64,000 nucleotides of DNA from Squalus acanthias (taxonomy: Eukaryota): assembly GCA_030390025.1 (NCBI GenBank), contig CM059425.1, positions 175,276,001 to 175,340,000 on the forward strand. The letters run 5' to 3'. The translations under genes were made by a program, and so were the position numbers. The notes beneath the pieces were generated by a model. The model did no database searches. It saw nothing but the letters and a program-made list of their open reading frames with translations, and had not been told where the DNA came from. Positions within the stretch are counted from its first letter, which is position 1; the number at the start of each line of letters is the position of its first letter. Shown here piece by piece: positions 62,025 to 64,000 of this stretch.

Positions 62025-62974
62025 TTAGTTTAAAGCCCTCTCTACAGCCCTAGTTATTCGATTCACCAGGATTCTAGTCCCAGCACTGGCCAAGTGAAGT
62101 CCGTCCCAACGGAACAGCTTTCTCCCGTCCCAGTACTGGTGCCAGTGTCCCAAGAACCAAAACCCATTTCTCCCACACCAGTCTTTGAGCCACGCATTTA
62201 ACTCTCTGATTTTATTTACCCTAGCCAAATTTGCTCGTGGCTCAGGTAGTAATCCAGAGATTATTACCCTAGAGGTTCTGTTTTTTAATTTGGCCCCTAG
62301 CTGCTCATACTCCCTCAGCAGAACCTCTTTCCTTGTCCTATCTATGTCGTTGGTACCAACATCGACCACGACAACTGGATCCTCCCCGTCCAAGTTTCTC
62401 TCCAGCCCAGAGGAGATGTCCTTAACCCTGGCACCAGGCAGGCAACACAGCCTTCGGGACTCTCGCTCTCGGCTGCAAAGAACCCTATCTATCCCCTTAT
62501 GATACTATCCCCTACCACTACAACATTTCTTTTTACTCCCCCCACTTGAATGGCTCCCCGTTCCACTGTGCTGTGGCCAGGTTGCTCATCCTCCCTGCAG
62601 TCCCTGCTCCCGTCCTCACAGGGAGTAAGAGCCTCGAACCTGTTGGACAAGAGCAAGGGCTGCGACTCCTCCAACACTACCTCCTGGATCCCCGTACCTG
62701 CCTCACTCGTAGTCACACCCTCCTGTCCCTGACCACGGGCTACATCTGAATTAGTTAATCTAATTGGTGTGACTACCTCCTGGAACACAGAGTCCAGGTA
62801 ACTCTCCCCCTCCCTGATGTGTCGCAGTGTTTGAAGCTCGGACTCCAGCTCATCAACACGGAGCCGGAGTTCCTCGAGCAGCCAACACTTACTGCAAATG
62901 TGATCACCGTGAACATCAATGGTGTCCACCAGCTCCCACATATTGCAGCAGTAACACATCACCTGCTCTCCCAT
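62025..62974 (-). CDS. CR1 ORF1 (zinc finger/leucine zipper + SGNH esterase), one frameshift
   Basis: CYCCNMW...HICSKC, coiled coil, VGDS, PGA, GTND, DGLH. Frameshift in a G run at ~62493. Confidence 0.9.
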
Positions 62975-63338
62975 TCTATGTAATTAATTAAATTTATTAT
63001 TTTTTAAATACCCTCTGCCCCGCCTGATGAATATCACACCTTAGAAACTATAAACCACAGAGTTTAAGTCTAAAAAGAGAGAAATACTCACCAACCAATT
63101 ACTTACCTGCTTTCTGGTGACGTCACACCTCGATTATTTTTTACTTCTCTCCCTCCCTCTGAGTTCGGAGACTGGTCCCACCTTACCTGGTCTCTGGAGC
63201 CTTTTAAACCCTCTGCTGCCGCCTCGCCGCACCAGGAAGCTGACAAAGATGGAAAAAGGAAGGAACACCTCCCTCCCCGCACTCCCTCACTCACCAAACT
63301 CGCAGCTTAACACTCTGTTCCAATCTGCACTCTGTGAA

Positions 63339-63481
63339 TGTTTGATGGGACAGTGTAGAGGGAGCTTTACTCTGTATCTAACCTGTGCTGTACCTGCCCT
63401 GGGAGTGTTTGATGGGACAGTGTAGAGGGAGCTTTACTCTGTATCTAACCTGTGCTGTTCCTGCCCTGGGAGTGTTTGATG
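63339..63481. repeat. 67-bp tandem repeat, ~2.1 units
   Basis: Unit GTTTGATGGGACAGTGTAGAGGGAGCTTTACTCTGTATCTAACCTGTGCTGTACCTGCCCTGGGAGT starting at 63340, 63407 and 63474. Confidence 0.95.
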
Positions 63482-64000
63482 AGGCAGTAAACTGGGCGTA
63501 TCTGTTAAAGGGTAAACAGTGAGAGATGTTCAAAAAAGAATTTAAGGTAATACAGAACCAGTTTATACCCCTGAGGGGCAAGAGCTCTACTTGCCCCCAA
63601 AAAAACATGGACGACTAAAGAGGTAAGGGTCAGCATAAAACTAAAAGAAAAAGCATGCAAAAATTCAAAAAATAGCACAGATCCTGGTGAATGGGAAAGA
63701 TACAAAGAACAGCAAAGGGTCACAAAACAGATAGTAAGAGCTACAAAAAGGGAGTATGAAAGGAAACTTGCAAGGGATATCAAAATCAACGCACAATTTT
63801 TTTTACAATTATATTAGGAAAAAGAGGGTGCTCAGGAGCAATGTTGATCCCTTAAAAATTGAAAGCGGTGATATTATCAATGATAAGGCAATAGCGGATA
63901 TGTTGAATAATTACTTTGCGTCAGTATTTACAGTAGAGGAAGAGGATAGCATGCCAGAAATCCCAAGGAAACTAATTGAGACAGGGACGCAATAAGTAAA

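Larger units (their letters stand above)
58937..63338 (-). mobile_element. Near-intact full-length CR1 LINE (~4.4 kb)
   Basis: 5' UTR, ORF1, ORF2 (APE + RT) and (ATGTTCTT)n tail. The only breaks seen are three frameshifts. Confidence 0.97.
58596..64000 (+). mobile_element. Host CR1 ORF2 fragment split by the full-length CR1 (58596-58936 and 63484-64000)
   Basis: ...GKANFKGMRQRLS on the left continues as AVNWAYLLKGK on the right, then FYNYIRKKR. Confidence 0.85.

Noticed and set aside
63339..63481. CRISPR-like array or hammerhead-containing satellite
   Set aside because: Units are contiguous with no unique spacers, the context is eukaryotic, and no CTGANGA...GAAA core was found on either strand.
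1..64000. Most ORFs in the supplied track as host genes
   Set aside because: They are frames, often antisense, of LINE, LTR or MITE sequence or low-complexity DNA. Only the MCC exons have host-gene support.
45473..64000. Next MCC exon (DNCSDLNSEL-like), and the upstream EF-hand exons before 27984
   Set aside because: Not found by eye; probably outside the window.

Overview
This is vertebrate genomic DNA, most likely a shark (inferred from Deu-domain tRNA SINEs, abundant CR1 LINEs and a 67-bp repeat I associate with shark genomes). The window lies inside the + strand gene MCC (mutated in colorectal cancer). Three constitutive coding exons are clear (27984-28097, 39066-39208, 45330-45472). Three further phase-compatible upstream exons suggest two alternative N-termini (13722-13784; 26464-26504 + 27366-27456). 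Much of the intronic space is nested transposable elements: many CR1 LINE fragments, one near-intact full-length CR1, a second LINE family with a tRNA-like 5' head and no ORF1, Deu-type SINEs, Penelope-like fragments with minimal hammerhead ribozymes, PIF/Harbinger-like DNA transposons and MITEs, a hAT-type MITE, and a complete Ty3/Gypsy LTR element. The most unusual observations are: (i) the Gypsy element has no tRNA primer-binding site, and a 12-nt leader sequence instead folds back onto the poly(A) signal of its own 5' LTR; its RT motif reads YLDN; (ii) the tRNA-headed LINE has a duplicated anticodon-arm hairpin; (iii) a 67-bp minisatellite is fused to the 5' end of the young CR1. All calls were made by eye without database searches. 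Boundaries of old repeats are approximate.
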